A stretch of DNA of 64,000 nucleotides from Eledone cirrhosa (GCA_964016885.1 OZ024742.1:231322001-231386000), one strand, 5' to 3'. Counted from the stretch's first letter, positions 41,551 through 54,251 are shown. Made by a program: numbers and translations. Notes: generated by a model not told the origin, from the letters alone.

Positions 41551-42577
41551 TTGTGCGCTTTAATTTCAAGTCCCACCAAGATGAAGTTTTCATTTAATCC
41601 TTCTATGGTCGATGAAAAAAATGTACCAGTCCAGTACTAGGTCGATTCTTATTCTATATCTCTTTCTCGCATACTCTCTCTCATTCGCCCCCACCTTCTC
41701 TATGTTTAGCCCTGGAGAAGAGATGGACGTCGCCAGGTTTAAATGCAGAAGGCGGTAATCCTACAACTTCATCAGATATATGGGTCAATACATACATACC
41801 ATATTCATAATGAAAGACACTATCTATGTTTTTCACGTAATTTTCAAAATAATTAACAATTTCAACGGATTAACCGGCAGTGAATTACTTGAGTCATTAC
41901 AAAATAAAATGACAAAAAGTCCTCCTACGTTAATGTTCACTTGAAAAATTCCAACAGTCGAATAATAGGTTTTCGGTTTTCTCCCAAATTGTAACAACAG
42001 AATAGTGAAATTGTATTGATACAGTGGCGACAGATTCGATTAAAACCGTTCGTTCGCAAGACTTACTGAAGAGAATGTTAGAAAGATTCAGAACGAACAA
42101 ATTTGTTGAAATTATTTAAAAGTGTCTTATAATTGCTAAATCTAGAAAACCAAGCAACGAAGTAAAGGGTCCTAGTTTTGTCATGACCTCCTTCAACATC
42201 TCCAGAACAGGTATGAAGAACTCACAAGTCTTCGTAACAAATAGTTTAGTCCAGATCTTAGACTCATTCTCTTATATACACATATATACACCAACTCCGA
42301 ACACAAAAGAACCAAACTCCCACTGTCAATGCCTCCGTCTCTCCCACTCTCCCCATCTCTCACTATTGTGAGCAATGGGGACCCACGTGCTGGCCGCCCC
42401 GCGGACCCGGCGGACTAAATATAGAAGGCGTTTCCCCGGAGGATGGTGACGGGGACGCGCTGGAAGAACAATTCCAGCTTGCGAGGTTCACCTGCGGGTA
42501 GCCAACTCTATGCCAATGGTGGTGAACAGGGTGGTAGCCCTAGGTCCAAGGACACCAGAAGTCTCCATATTATTATT

Positions 42578-43175
42578 ATTTGGATTGGCAGTATCGGTAG
42601 AGCTTTGGACAAAACATTTTGTGATATTTAGTTACGACTTTCTATGTTTTCAATTCAAATCCTGCCGAGATCAACTTCGCTTTTCATCTTTCGCTATAAT
42701 AAAGTACTAGTTACGTATTGGGGTCGATATAATTCACTTTTCTGTCCACCAAAATTGCTGACGTTGTGTCAAAATTTGAATGCATTTGGTTTGGCAGTAT
42801 CGGTAGAGCGCCAGACACCGTGCTTTGCAGCATAGAGTTATGGCCCTTTACGGTCTGAGTTCAAATCCCGCCGAGGTTCGCTTTGCCTTTCATCCTTACG
42901 AGGTCTATAAAATAAAGTACCAGTAATGCACTGGGATAATTGCTGGCCTTGTGCCAAAAGTAGAAACATTATTACTATGAAATGGTCGTATCGGTAGAGC
43001 GTCAGATAATATGCTTTATGGCATGGAGTTACGACCCTTTGCGTTGTGAGTTCAAACACCACCGAGGTCGGCTTTGCCTTTCATCCTTATGGGGTGAATA
43101 AAATAAAGTACCAGATTTAATCGACTTTCCTCTCCCCAAATGTTGTAGGTTTTGTGTCTAAATCAGAAAACATTA
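42578..43175 (+). mobile_element. Tandem cluster of three tRNA-SINE copies
   Basis: Three TGG(C/T)..TATCGGTAGAGC heads with B-box and CTTTCATCCTT bodies. Confidence 0.85.
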
Positions 43176-43274
43176 TTGTTATAAAAATGTTATCAACACC
43201 AACAATCAACAGCAGCAGCAGAATCAGCTGTAGAAGCTGGTGGTGGTATGGAGACATTTAGTCTTTTACGTTCA

Positions 43275-43530
43275 AGTCTGATATTTATTCATTGGTTTTT
43301 AACAAGGAAAAAAGATCGTCTCTGGTTGTAGAAGTAGCCTGCCCCTTTAACACAAGACTGCAAGAAAAGGAGAAGGAAAAAAATTAAGCGAAAAAAATTA
43401 CCAGGATTTAAAGTGTGAATTAAAAGAAAGTCGTTCCGGTTGTCATAGGAGCACTAGGTATTATCTCGAAGAGTTTTCAAGGATGGTTAATCCAGTCCCC
43501 TTTTTTTGAACACTTCAAAAGGCATGCTTT
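43275..43530 (+). mobile_element. REL-endonuclease C-terminal fragment of another R4/Dong-type LINE
   Basis: Hand translation: KEKRSSLVVEVACPFNTRLQEKEKEK...YQDLKCEL...VPVVIGALGIISKSFQGW. Confidence 0.7.
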
Positions 43531-43559
43531 CGTATTTCAGTACTATGGCATTCTTTAAG

Positions 43560-45040
43560 TAGGCATATAGGTCATTAATACATACAACACTCAAAAGGAG
43601 ACCAAAAACAGATCCCTAATGTACACCAGATGTCATCTCATAGGGTAAAGAATGCTGTCCTAGAATTGTGACTACCTCTTTTCGACTGAGAATGAAGGAC
43701 TTCAACCAGTTATAAAGATCATCTTTCACCCATTGTGGAGAGTTTTACCATAAGTCTTTTGTGTGACACAGAATTAAAAGCTTTAGCAAAATCACGGTAA
43801 ATAACATCCACCCATGAGCCACCATCAGTGATTCGGGTAATGTCTTCAAGAAACTCGATGAGTTAATCGCAGCAGCTGGAGTTATGGATAAATCCAAAGT
43901 GCGAGGCCCGGATATGACTGTGAGAATTCCAGATGTTCCAGAGAGTTTCTCTGACACAGGACTCCATCAGTTTGACGATGCAGCTAGTAAGATTGACTGG
44001 ACGATAGTTGACAGGCGACGTGCGATCACCCTTTTTGAACAGAGGAATGACACTGGCGGTTTTCCACTGCTCTGACGTAACACCATTGTTAAGGCAGAAT
44101 TAAAAGAAGAGTGAAAGCTGGTGCAAAATAAAGTACCCACCACGTTTGAGAAGCAGGTACGTAACACCATCAAGACCAAGAGAGGCATAGTTGCGCTTAT
44201 TCTTAAGGTGACGTCGCAGCATTGCAGGTGTAAATTCTATGGTTGTTATAGACTTTGATGTCAGAAGTGATGGAGATGGTGCGTTTTGGTTTTCAACAGT
44301 AAAAATGCCTGCATAGCATTCAGCAATGAGTTCTGCGCATTCTTTGGCATTGTCAGTAATACGGCTTGAGTGGGGGTTGCGATGAGGACCAACTGGAGAG
44401 TGAGGCCTCTGCTTTGAATGTACATATTTCCAGAACACCTTACTGTCAGGGCTGGTTGCTATACACTGTTCAAATTCAAGCACTGCTCTTTTTGTCACCT
44501 GCTTGAGATGGTTCTATTGTGCTTTTTCCATAAACCTCTGGTTTATGTAGTCGGTATTGCCGTTCAGCATTACGATGTTCTTTCCTGGCAAGTCAAACTG
44601 CTGCAGTCACCCAAATTGCACTTTTGGAATGTTTTTGTACTTACGTGGTACTGATGCTTCACATGCTGTCCATATTGAATTCGGGATGTTCTGAAGTATA
44701 GTTTCATATTACCAGAGTCGTAAAATTCAAGCCAATTTGGACATTGTAACTCAGTGCAGTAAGAATTCCAGTCTGCGTTATTCCAGTCAAAGCGAGCAGT
44801 TTGGAGATGGTTGTGCTTTTTGTTACTGCCCATAAGAGACAGATTGGCAATGATCAGAGTCACCTAAAGGTTCCTCAGTGGTAACACTAGTAACCGTTTC
44901 AGGAGTAGTGGTAAAGAGCAGATCCAAAGTGTTGTTACCTCTTGTGGGGAAGGTGACTAATTGAAACCAATTCGAGTCCAGCACTAGCTCAAGGAAATCA
45001 TTTGCACTTTGCAGCCAACGAAAGGTTTCCTAGTCAATCT
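43560..45040 (-). mobile_element. Degenerate CR1/L2-like LINE (APE end and RT fragments)
   Basis: NTLDLLFT...LGDSDH, KVFWKYVHSK, LGLDGV, YNWLKSF...TSGVH.GSV.G...INDL. Confidence 0.7.
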
Positions 45041-45164
45041 CACAAACAAACGAAACGTATATAAACTATGAGGGGAGACAACTCCACCTTTGCTTAATTT
45101 ATATCATGTTAGTATGATTGAGCAGATCTATAATTAAAGTTGTTCCAGCCGTGGCGATCATGTT

Positions 45165-45247
<83 letters not shown>

Positions 45248-46021
45248 CTAAACTGCTGCTGAATATGGTCTTTGTTGTTGTAAGACAGTAGAAAGCGATA
45301 TTTGGCTGCTTTTTCTACCAGGTCAAGCAACCAGGTAAGAGACTCCCTTGTTAATACGTAATGATTATTTTACAGGGTGATGTTGGTTGTTTTACCAGGT
45401 GTTGGGTACAATTGATGGAGTGAATTGATATAACTGGAGGTCTTTCTGAAGGTATTAAATTATGTCAGGGACTTTTAACGTGTGACACCGGTGTTATTCG
45501 GGAGAAGGCAACATTGTCAACGACACCACGTACCTGCTATCTTAATTATAACTTTAATTAATCTAATTATATCTATGTAGCAACTATCTGATGTTAAGGG
45601 AAAAGTTAATATTTTGTAGATAACAGAGTGAGTTACATGTTTCAGGATAGGTGTTCCATCACCTACATGATTAAATATTTCATTTCATGAGAAACTACGC
45701 TACATCGTGAATTGGTTGTTCCACATTTTACAGGACAGTGAGAAATAGGTTTAAATCACCAACATCTGAAACAATTAGCTTTCCTTGTCTTTCTTGACTT
45801 TACACTTGGACTTGAAATATAAAGTACGTATTATTTGTATTGTAAACACAGCAGATATTGTGTACTTTTTTCTACACTCCGTGGTGAACAATCCGGATTT
45901 ATTAAGACACAAACATACATAGACATAACACAACGAACTACACACAATCATTTTTTTTATCTCGACATCAGTCTTACACTAATATCTATTCTGAACTTTT
46001 AAGAATTGTTCAAGAATTAAT

Positions 46022-47095
46022 ATGGAGGACGTTAAACACTTTGACATTTCTAACGCAGCTGTTTCTACCAATATAGATACACAGACATACAGTGATGAGA
46101 AACCTTTACCTAGTGAAACATGTACTGAACAAGGATCATTACACAGAAATATTTTCGAATATAGCTGTGAGATTTGTAAGAATACTTTCTCATCAGAAGA
46201 TGAATTATCCACACACAAACACATACATATTAAAGACAAACCCTATCACTGTGAAATATGTGGGAAATCTTTTGCCACTAAAAGTAATTTAACTGTACAC
46301 AAAAGAACACACACTGGGGAGAAACCCTATCATTGTGAAATATGTGGGAAATCTTTCTCTGAAAGTTTTAGTGTTGTAGTTCACAAAAGAACACACACTG
46401 GAGAAAAACCTTTCAAATGTGAAATATGTGGGAAATCTTTCGCTTGGAATGCAAATCTTGTTAGACATATACGTAGCCATACTGGAGAGAAACCTTTCCA
46501 TTGTGATATATGTGGGAAATCTTTCAGCGAGAGAAGTAAGCTTGTTGGTCATATACGTAGTCACACAGGAGAAAAACCTTTCCACTGCAAAATATGTGGG
46601 AAAACTTTCACTGAAAATGCAAGTCTTCTAGTTCACAAACGAACTCACACTGGAGAAAAACCGTATCATTGTGAAATATGTGGGAAATCTTTTGACAATA
46701 GCAGTAATATGATTAAACACAAAAGAACACACACAGGAGAAAAACCCTATCATTGTGAAATATGTGGGAAATCTTTCACTGAAAATGTTAGTCTTGTAGT
46801 TCACAAAAGAACACATAGTGGAGAAAAACCTTTCAAATGTGAAATATGTGAGAAATCCTTTGCCACTAACAGTCATTTAACTGTACACAAAAGAAAACAT
46901 ACTGGAGAGAAACCTTTCCACTGTGAAATATGTGCAAAATCCTTTGCCACTAACAGTGAATTAACTGTCCACAAAAGAAAACATACTGGAGAGAAACCTT
47001 TCCACTGTGAAATATGTGGAAAATTTTTTGCCACTAACAATAATTTAACTGTACACAAAAAAATACACGCCGGAGAAAAAACCCTTCAAATGTAA
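46022..47095 (+). CDS. C2H2 zinc-finger protein, 11 tandem fingers, 357 aa
   Basis: Intact ORF; CxxC-x12-HxxxH repeats joined by TGEKP linkers; possible splice acceptor TTTTAAG just upstream near 46003. Confidence 0.92.
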   Translation: MEDVKHFDISNAAVSTNIDTQTYSDEKPLPSETCTEQGSLHRNIFEYSCEICKNTFSSEDELSTHKHIHIKDKPYHCEICGKSFATKSNLTVHKRTHTGEKPYHCEICGKSFSESFSVVVHKRTHTGEKPFKCEICGKSFAWNANLVRHIRSHTGEKPFHCDICGKSFSERSKLVGHIRSHTGEKPFHCKICGKTFTENASLLVHKRTHTGEKPYHCEICGKSFDNSSNMIKHKRTHTGEKPYHCEICGKSFTENVSLVVHKRTHSGEKPFKCEICEKSFATNSHLTVHKRKHTGEKPFHCEICAKSFATNSELTVHKRKHTGEKPFHCEICGKFFATNNNLTVHKKIHAGEKTLQM

Positions 47096-47569
47096 AATGT
47101 ATGGGAAATCTTTTACACAAAACTCTGACCTGGTTGACCATGTATGCAGCCACACTGGTAAAAACCCTTTTGTAACTGATATAGACACAAACAAATATTT
47201 ATGCATGTAGCAGAATGTGTGACTGTAAGACAGACCCTCGCCCCCAGCTTGTCTGGAAAGTTTGAAGACCCACTTTAGTACTGACTTGGTCTATGTAGAC
47301 CTACCTGTTCAACCCTTGTTAGCAGGGAAAGTGGGCATTAAACAATGAAGATTATAATCACAAACACACACACTTGAGGGAAACTTTTTAAGTGTAAAAT
47401 GTGAAACATCTTTCCTTTTACAAATCTAAACCTATTGTCCACCAACATTGTGAGGGAACTCTTAGTTGTTCTATAAACTCCAAACATTGCTTGTCATTTT
47501 TGTAATGATATTTTTAGTTGGAATTAAATTTTTGTTCATATCTGATTCTTGTCTTCTTGAATTCATTCT

Positions 47570-47790
47570 TAATCATCATCATCATTGTTAATATCTATCT
47601 TCCACGCTAGCATGGGTTAGATGGGAATTGTCCCACTTGAGGTAAGATTGATCAGGTGACCGTGTCTCACTCATATAGGACTGTATCTGGCAGGGTTTCT
47701 ATGGCTGGATGCCCTTCCTAACACCAACCACATTTACAGTGTGGACTGGGAGCCTTTTTACTGTGTCTCCTACATGACCACTTTACAGCA
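47570..47790 (-). mobile_element. SINE 3' portion with (ATG)n tail
   Basis: CATCATCATC...GCTAGCATGGGTTAGA...GCTGGATGCCCTTCCTAACACCAACC, also at 52765, 54010 and inverted at 53820-53980. Confidence 0.7.
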
Positions 47791-48039
47791 TGGAGTAGGT
47801 GCTTTTTGTTGTGACACCTACACAACCACTTTTGTTTGAACTGGATTTTGTGTGGTACCAACATAACTTTACAGAGAAAGGGTCGTGGGAGTGGGAAGAT
47901 GAAGCAGGGGTAGTGGGTTGGGGTGTATATTTGGTTAAGAGTAAAAACCTACTGCTATGCTGCTGGTTAAAATATTTATTAATCATGTATGAGTGCATAG
48001 CTCGGAGATCAGAGAGTCACTCCAGGTAGAGCCGCTACT

Positions 48040-48310
48040 TCTCTGAATTGAGAGATCACAGCTCTGATATTGTGGGCATGGGGTTAGAATGTCTCAGGGA
48101 AGAATCGCTCGACAGATTTTACAGGCAAAAACCAACTGGCAGGAGACCCAAAGGTAGACTCTGAGCAAGATGGTTGGATAACATCCATGAACTTCGCTGG
48201 TCTCGGTTAAAGATCCAGCTGGATCAGTTGGTGACGGTTGCTTCTGACAGGATGGAGTGTTTCAGGAGTCTGCGCCCACACCCCCTCAGGAATAAATGAA
48301 CGAAGAAGAA
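48040..48310 (+). mobile_element. RTE LINE 3' end fragment
   Basis: YCGHGVRMSQGRIARQILQA..TGRRPKGR...RWLDNI; (GAA)n tail. Confidence 0.65.
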
Positions 48311-48319
48311 GATACATCC

Positions 48320-49400
48320 ACTGTTCCATGCTTGTATAGATTTAAAGGGTCATTTTCAGCATCTCTCCCCTTGCCACATTCCTTCATCACCTTCACTGTG
48401 AGTTTCATTCATTTGAGATCAGCTCTCACTAACTCTGCCCAGGTCTTCCTACTGCAACTTCCTTCCACTGGGATTTCCTTGCACTTTTTCACCCAGCAAT
48501 CATCATTCATACACATCACAAGTCTATACCAGTGCAGTATTCTCTCTTGTGCAAGCTCTACCATCTCCTCACATTAACATTGCACATCCATCAAAACATC
48601 TCCTGCCTACACATATCCTCTACAGTCATTGCCCATGTCTCACTACCATGCAGCATTGCACTTTGCACACGGGCGTCATACAGCTCTCCTTTCATACATA
48701 GGGAGAAACCTTTCATTGTCAACAGAAGTAGTAGCTTCCTAAACTTCTTCCATCCTGTCCTTATTCTAGCTACTATGCTCTCAGAGAAACCTCCTCCACT
48801 GCTAATAAGATCATCTAGGTAGCAGAAGCTATCAACCACTTCTATGGATACTTCCTGGGATTGGAAAAGGTTTATATCACTGGCACTCTTACTATCAATT
48901 GTCCCTAGATATCTCCTACATACAAATTCTTCCTTTCCTTGTAGTGTGTCTGCTATCTCATTTTTTCTCTTGTGTACCCAAGATTTACATTATATTTACA
49001 TTATATAGAGTTTATGCCTACTCTTTTTCTACATATTGAGCAAGGCCACTTCTCAGATGAGATCAGTACTCTTCTTTCCTACTTATTAACGCTTTACTTT
49101 TTTTGCTATGTTCATTCTTTTCTAGTCCTTTTGATTCTAGGTTCTTTTTCCATAGCAGGAATATATTTTCTAGTTCTACTATGAGGACCAGATCATCAGC
49201 AAACAGAAGTTCCCATGGAGAACTATGATAAACGGAAGTGGGTTAAGAACTGAACCCTGATGAACTCCTACCTGTACCTTGAACTCTTCACTAAACTTAC
49301 TTCCTACTCTTATTTTACTCACAACTTCTCTGTACATGGCTTCCACGGTATTAGAAGCTCCTCTTCTACACATAGTTTCTTTAAGGACCATCAGATGACA
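48320..49400 (-). mobile_element. Degenerate RTE fragments, same family as 62530-64000
   Basis: VDSFCYLDDLISSGGGFSESIVARIRTGWKKFR...AMLHGSETW and VGVHQGSVL. Confidence 0.8.
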
Positions 49401-49419
49401 TATCATGGTTCTCTGTCAG

Positions 49420-49850
49420 TCTTTAATTGATATCGCCTGCAATAAAAACATAAGTGACTGATTTCCTGGCAACAGCTCTGAAAATATCGAAAAGCTGTGT
49501 GTCTTGATGGTAATTTGGGGAACGGTAAACAACTCCAAGTAGAAGTGCTGACATGGTCATGCATATATCACAGAAAAATACTTCTTGTTGTGATTGGTTC
49601 AAATCATGGCAAGGAATTGCTGAAAAGTTTGAACGAACGTAGAACATCACACCGCCACATGATGATTAATGCAGTCTTTGAGAAACAAGTTGTAGCCAGC
49701 TATGCTAAAAACCCCACCACAGAGTAAAGAATGCGCCTGTGTTTCCGTGACTGTAATGAAATCGGGTGATACTTTTGATGTAAGAATCAAAAGGATGTAT
49801 CTTGTTGCATAGACTATGAGCATTTAAGGACAACAATTTGTATCTGGATA
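49420..49850 (-). mobile_element. APE endonuclease fragment of a CR1-like LINE
   Basis: LSLNAHSLCNK, LLGVVYRSP, IAGDIN. Confidence 0.65.
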
Positions 49851-49869
49851 TATATATAGGGGGTGGCAG

Positions 49870-50300
49870 ATTGTTTATCGTGACTGTGTAGTTAAGGAGT
49901 TCGCTTCGCAACCACGTGGTTCTGGGTTCAATCCTGATGCGCAACACTTTGGGTTTCTGCTATTATAATTTCGCGTTGACCAATGGCATGTGAGTGGAAT
50001 TTGGTAGGCGGAAACTGCAAAAAACCGTCCCATATATACAATATATATACATATGCATGTGTGTGTGTGTGTATATATTGAATAATATACAATATATATT
50101 TATATGTATATCGCTATGTCCGAGCTCCAATACAAATATATTCCCCCTTTCTCTCTGTACGTACATACATACATACAGACAAAGAGAGTGGGCTCCTGTG
50201 CGGTTGCCGTCTACCAAATTTCATTCAGAAGGCATTGGTCAATCAGAAGTTATTGTAGAATAACTTGCCCAAGGTGCCACGCAGCGGAACTGAACCACTG
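49870..50300. mobile_element. Inverted pair of a further tRNA-derived SINE family around a TA-rich spacer
   Basis: TTGACCAATG.C.TGTGAGTGGAATTTGGTAG.CGGAAACTGCA on + and its reverse complement at 50195-50245; related copy near 57120-57290. Confidence 0.65.
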
Positions 50301-50532
50301 AATCCGAAAATTATTTATTCCGCGGTGAGCCATTCCAATGGTCAATAAAGAAATCATATCATTGTTATTCTGGAAAATCGACTACATTTGAATAATGAGA
50401 AAGAGAGAAGCAAATGTAGATAGATAGATAGATATGTTTCTTTATTATTTGCCTTTCATCCTTACGGGGTCGATAAAATAAAGTACCAGTAATGCACTGC
50501 GTATTTGCTGGCCTTGTGCCTAAAGTAGAAAC

Positions 50533-50563
<31 letters not shown>

Positions 50564-50976
50564 ATAGATATATTTCTGATAGACAGATAGAAGCGCGGAT
50601 GCTTCTGTTCAGCAAATATATATCAATGGAGATAACTTTGTTAACATGGCATTTTTAACAGTTTGCTCCCTTTGGAATTTGTTAAGCCGTTCGTTTCAAA
50701 TTTACGTTAAATTAATGTCCGACAACCTTTTTTGAATAATTAGTTTGAAAGATGCATATTTGTATGTATATATATATATATATATGTATGTATATATATA
50801 TATATACATAGATATATATGTATATATATATACACACACATATATAGTCACTCCTCGTTTAACGACCGTTTCGTTTAACGATCGCTCCTATTTACGACCA
50901 TTGTACGACTGCCAACACTACACCTCGTTTGTACGAGAAAACTTTATATCTTCAATTAAAATAAAATAGAATTGTA

Positions 50977-51795
50977 ATGCCTGCCAAAAGAAAATGTATT
51001 ATTTCTTCCGAAGGAGGTGGTAAGAAGCAAAGGAAATCTATAGACCTCGAGATGAAAATGAAAATTATCAATGATTACAATGCCGGAAAGAAAGTGAAGA
51101 CGATAGCATGCGATGAAGGCCTGGCCCGTTCTACCGTATCTACTATTCTAAAGGACAAGGAGAGGATCACAGAAGCGGCAAAAACATCGACGGGATGTAA
51201 AGCTATAATAACAAGACAACGAAAAGGCCTCATACATAAGATGGAGAAATTCCTGGCGGTGTGGTTCGATGATCAGATACAAAATAGAATGCCGATGAGC
51301 CTTGCAATTATTCAAGCTAAGGCACGGAGTATTTTTGAAGGGCTGAAACAACATGAAGGGGAACAATGTAAAGAAACATTTACTGCGAGTCATGGCTGGT
51401 TCCAGCGGTTTCGACGCAGGTTCAATCTTTACAATAGACATATTATTGATGAAACACCGCATCACTTCCGCGAAGAATTAGTAAGAGCGGAGTTATTAGA
51501 TAGACCAGAACCTGAGGAAGTACACAAAAAGTTCACTGTAAAGGGATTAGCCAGTGTGTTCGCTAAAGTGAATACGATTTTGTTGGAACTAGAGAGTATG
51601 GACCCGAACGTTGAACGTTTTATGATATTCCAAAGCCAAATGAACGAAATATTAGAGTGTTATCGTAAAATATATGAAGAAGAAAAAGAAATATCAAAAC
51701 AAACCACAATAACGAAATACTTCAAGAAAACTATTTCCTTAACAGGCCACCTTCCTAAACCAGGTCCATCTACAGTTGCCGATTACCCAAGATGA
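50977..51795 (+). CDS. Tigger/pogo-derived ORF: psq HTH + CENP-B-type HTH, DDE domain absent
   Basis: RKSIDLEMKMKII...GLARSTVSTILKDK, MEKFLAVWFDDQ...IQAKARSIF...FTASHGWFQRFRRR, then jumps to a Tigger-like C-terminus (MDPNVERF...YRKIYEE..KQTTITKYFKK); TIR-like TAGTCACTCCTCGTTTAACGAC at 50845 after TA. Confidence 0.82.
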   Translation: MPAKRKCIISSEGGGKKQRKSIDLEMKMKIINDYNAGKKVKTIACDEGLARSTVSTILKDKERITEAAKTSTGCKAIITRQRKGLIHKMEKFLAVWFDDQIQNRMPMSLAIIQAKARSIFEGLKQHEGEQCKETFTASHGWFQRFRRRFNLYNRHIIDETPHHFREELVRAELLDRPEPEEVHKKFTVKGLASVFAKVNTILLELESMDPNVERFMIFQSQMNEILECYRKIYEEEKEISKQTTITKYFKKTISLTGHLPKPGPSTVADYPR

Positions 51796-52272
51796 TCTTT
51801 GATGAATAAGAATAACGTTTTTGTGTACATATTATTTTATTTATATTACTAGTTTCAGTCATTAGACTACGGTTATTCTGAAACACTGCCACAAAGGGAT
51901 TTAGTCAATCCCAGTCATAAGTCCGGTACTTATTTCATCGTTCACTTTTTTATTGAACCGCTAAATTATGGGACATAAACAAACACGGACGCGCGCGCCT
52001 GCAACTTATTTCCTCCTTACAAACTTTTCTATCCCCGCCAACCATCTTCCTTTAATCTGCTCTGTCTTATACTCTGCCACACACTAAACTACTTCCTTTA
52101 TCCTATGACACATACTCGTTAATACATACATATCACAGTTAGATACTTTTCACATACACATTATGAACTTCAACATACATCCACACATCTCACGGACATA
52201 CGTTAATTCTTTTTGTCTTTATTGGACCTTTTTTCTGTTTCTCCATTGTCATCCTGTCTCTATTTTGTACTC

Positions 52273-52301
52273 CTGAAGAAGGGCCTAAGCCCGACACGTC
52301 G
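52273..52301 (+). ncRNA. Mutated hammerhead motif in a PLE pLTR remnant
   Basis: CTGAAGAA-GGGC(CTAA)GCCC-GACAC-GTCG (GAAA changed to GACA); downstream GTGAAACTAATA and a TA end as in the 3010-3125 element. Confidence 0.7.
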
Positions 52302-52374
52302 AACTTTGTTTCCTCTTTCCGAGTGAAACTAATAAGGCTTTTTGTATCTCTCTTTGTCTCCTTGAACTATATAT

Positions 52375-52619
52375 TATAAAGAAAACGAAAAATCAGTGAT
52401 GCATCTGGACTTAGTTTATTTCGTGTTACAAATGTTTCGCCGGCATGTAGCTCGAGTCATGGTCCTTGTATGGATCTTTGCTCCGGATGTAAGAACCTGC
52501 AGAAGTAGAATCAGCCAGATCCATACAAGGATCATGACTCGAGCTACATGCCGGCGAAACATTTGTAACACGAAATAAACTAAGACCAGATGCATCACTG
52601 ATTTTTCGTTTTCTTTATA
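52375..52619. repeat. Fold-back element: 103-bp inverted arms (2 mismatches), 39-nt spacer
   Basis: 52375-52477 is the reverse complement of 52517-52619; TA-rich ends. Confidence 0.93.
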
Positions 52620-52764
52620 TCTACACTCTACTCTGATGAATATCGAGTGCTAATTTTGGCATACCGCCTATGGAAGCACCATAGCTACCACTATACACAA
52701 CTATATATATAAGTATATATATATACACACATACTTATATATATATATATATATATATATGTAT

Positions 52765-53100
52765 CATCATCATCATCATTTTACGTCCGCTTTTCCCTGC
52801 TTACAAGGGTGGGACGGGAACTGATTCTGGCTTGATTTCTACAGCTGGATGCCCTTCCTAACACCAACCTCATTTACAGTGTGGGCTGGGTGCTTTTTTG
52901 CCGTGGCACCTCCACAACCTCTTTGCTGTGGAATGATAGGGACCACAGTCCTATCATCTCATTTCTACAGCAGAGTAAACTGGAGCAATGTGAAATAAAG
53001 TGTCTTGCTCAAGGAAACAACACATCACCCGGTCTGAGAATTGAACTCACAACCTTTCGATTGCAAGCCCAATGCTCTAACCACTAAGCCATGTGCCTAC
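52765..53100 (-). mobile_element. tRNA-derived SINE (inverted partner of 53548-53980)
   Basis: Head GGCACATGGCTTAGTGGTTAGAGC...GAGTTCAATTC; (ATG)n tail. Confidence 0.85.
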
Positions 53101-53134
53101 ATAATATATATATATATAGAGAGAGAGAGAAATA

Positions 53135-53315
53135 ATTGTTTCTACGTTTGGCACAAGGCCAGCAATTACTCAGTGCATTACTGGTACTTTATTTTATTGA
53201 CCCCGTAAGGATGAAAGGCAAAGCTAACCTCGGCGAGATTTGAACTCAGAATGGCAAGGGACGTAACTCTATACGTCAAAGCATCGCGTCCGACCCTCTA
53301 CCGATACTGCCAAAT
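53135..53315 (-). mobile_element. tRNA-derived SINE (family of 26114-26333)
   Basis: Same head and body motifs. Confidence 0.85.
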
Positions 53316-53393
53316 AATAAATTTGAAGACTAAAGTCCGAAGAGGGCTCGATAAGGCTAAATATATATCAAATATATAAGAACCGTAGAGCAA

Positions 53394-53528
53394 ATATTTA
53401 TTAAAATAACAAATTAAAGTTTAAGCAAAGAATCGCTACTTTCACTCTTAACGGGATCTTCAGAAAATCCCGTTAAGGGTGAAAGCAGCGATTTTTTGCT
53501 TAAACTTTAATGTTATTTTAATAAATAT
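53394..53528. repeat. Fold-back element (~65-bp arms) with a hammerhead-like core at the apex
   Basis: Arms are reverse-complementary with a few mismatches and one indel; minus strand reads CTGAAGATCCCGTTAAGAGTGAAAG, and the other arm has CCCGTTAAGGG. Confidence 0.85.
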
Positions 53529-53547
53529 ATATATATATATGTGTGTG

Positions 53548-53980
53548 AAGGCACATGGCTTAGTGGTTAGAGCATTGGGCTTGCAATCGAAAGGTTGTCA
53601 ATTCTCGGACCGGGTGATGTGTTGTTTCCTTGATCAAGACACTTTATTTCACATTGCTCCAGTTTACTCAGCTGTAGAAATGAGATGATAGGACTAGAGT
53701 CCCTATCATTCTACTGCAAAGAGGTCGTGGAGGTGCCACGGCAAAAAAGCACCCAGCCCACACTGTAAAGTGGACGTGTAGGCGCCACGGAAAAAAAAGC
53801 ACCCAGCACTCACTGTAAATGAGGTTGGTGTTAAGAAGGGCATCCAGCTGTAGAAATCAACCCAGAATCAGTTCCCGTATGAGCAAGACAAAGTCAGTCG
53901 ACCGGACACTGCCCACAACAGAACCCAGAACCTGTCTAACCCATGCTAGCGTGGAAGAACGGACGTAAAACGGTGATGAT
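53548..53980 (+). mobile_element. tRNA-derived SINE, full-length
   Basis: tRNA-like head, body, GAAGGGCATCCAGC motif and GATGATGAT tail. Confidence 0.85.
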
Positions 53981-54207
53981 GATATATATAACTATATATA
54001 TATATATATATCATCTTTCATCATTTCATTTTACGTCCGTTTTATTGGGTGGGACGGGAACTGATTCTGGGTTAATTTCTACAGCTGGATGCCCTTCCTA
54101 ACACCAACCTCATTTACAGTGAGTGCTGGGTGCTTTTTTTCTGTGGCACCTCCACTATATATAACTATATAGATATATATAGTAACTCCAAGTTACACTC
54201 CCTGGAT

Positions 54208-54249
<42 letters not shown>

Positions 54250-54251
<2 letters not shown>

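Noticed and set aside
40160-41780. CTGATG(A/G)AGT.GTAGGA motifs near 40200 and 41765 (minus) as hammerheads
   Set aside because: No convincing stem II closed by GAAA; left unassigned.
52396-52598. Two near-identical 60-aa ORFs on opposite strands
   Set aside because: Consequence of the DNA palindrome, with no protein motifs.
52633-52680. Additional hammerhead core (CTGATGA...GGAAG)
   Set aside because: GAAA is not intact and pairing is weak.
53548-53620. tRNA gene
   Set aside because: The tRNA-like head has no complete acceptor stem or T arm and continues into a SINE body present in several copies.
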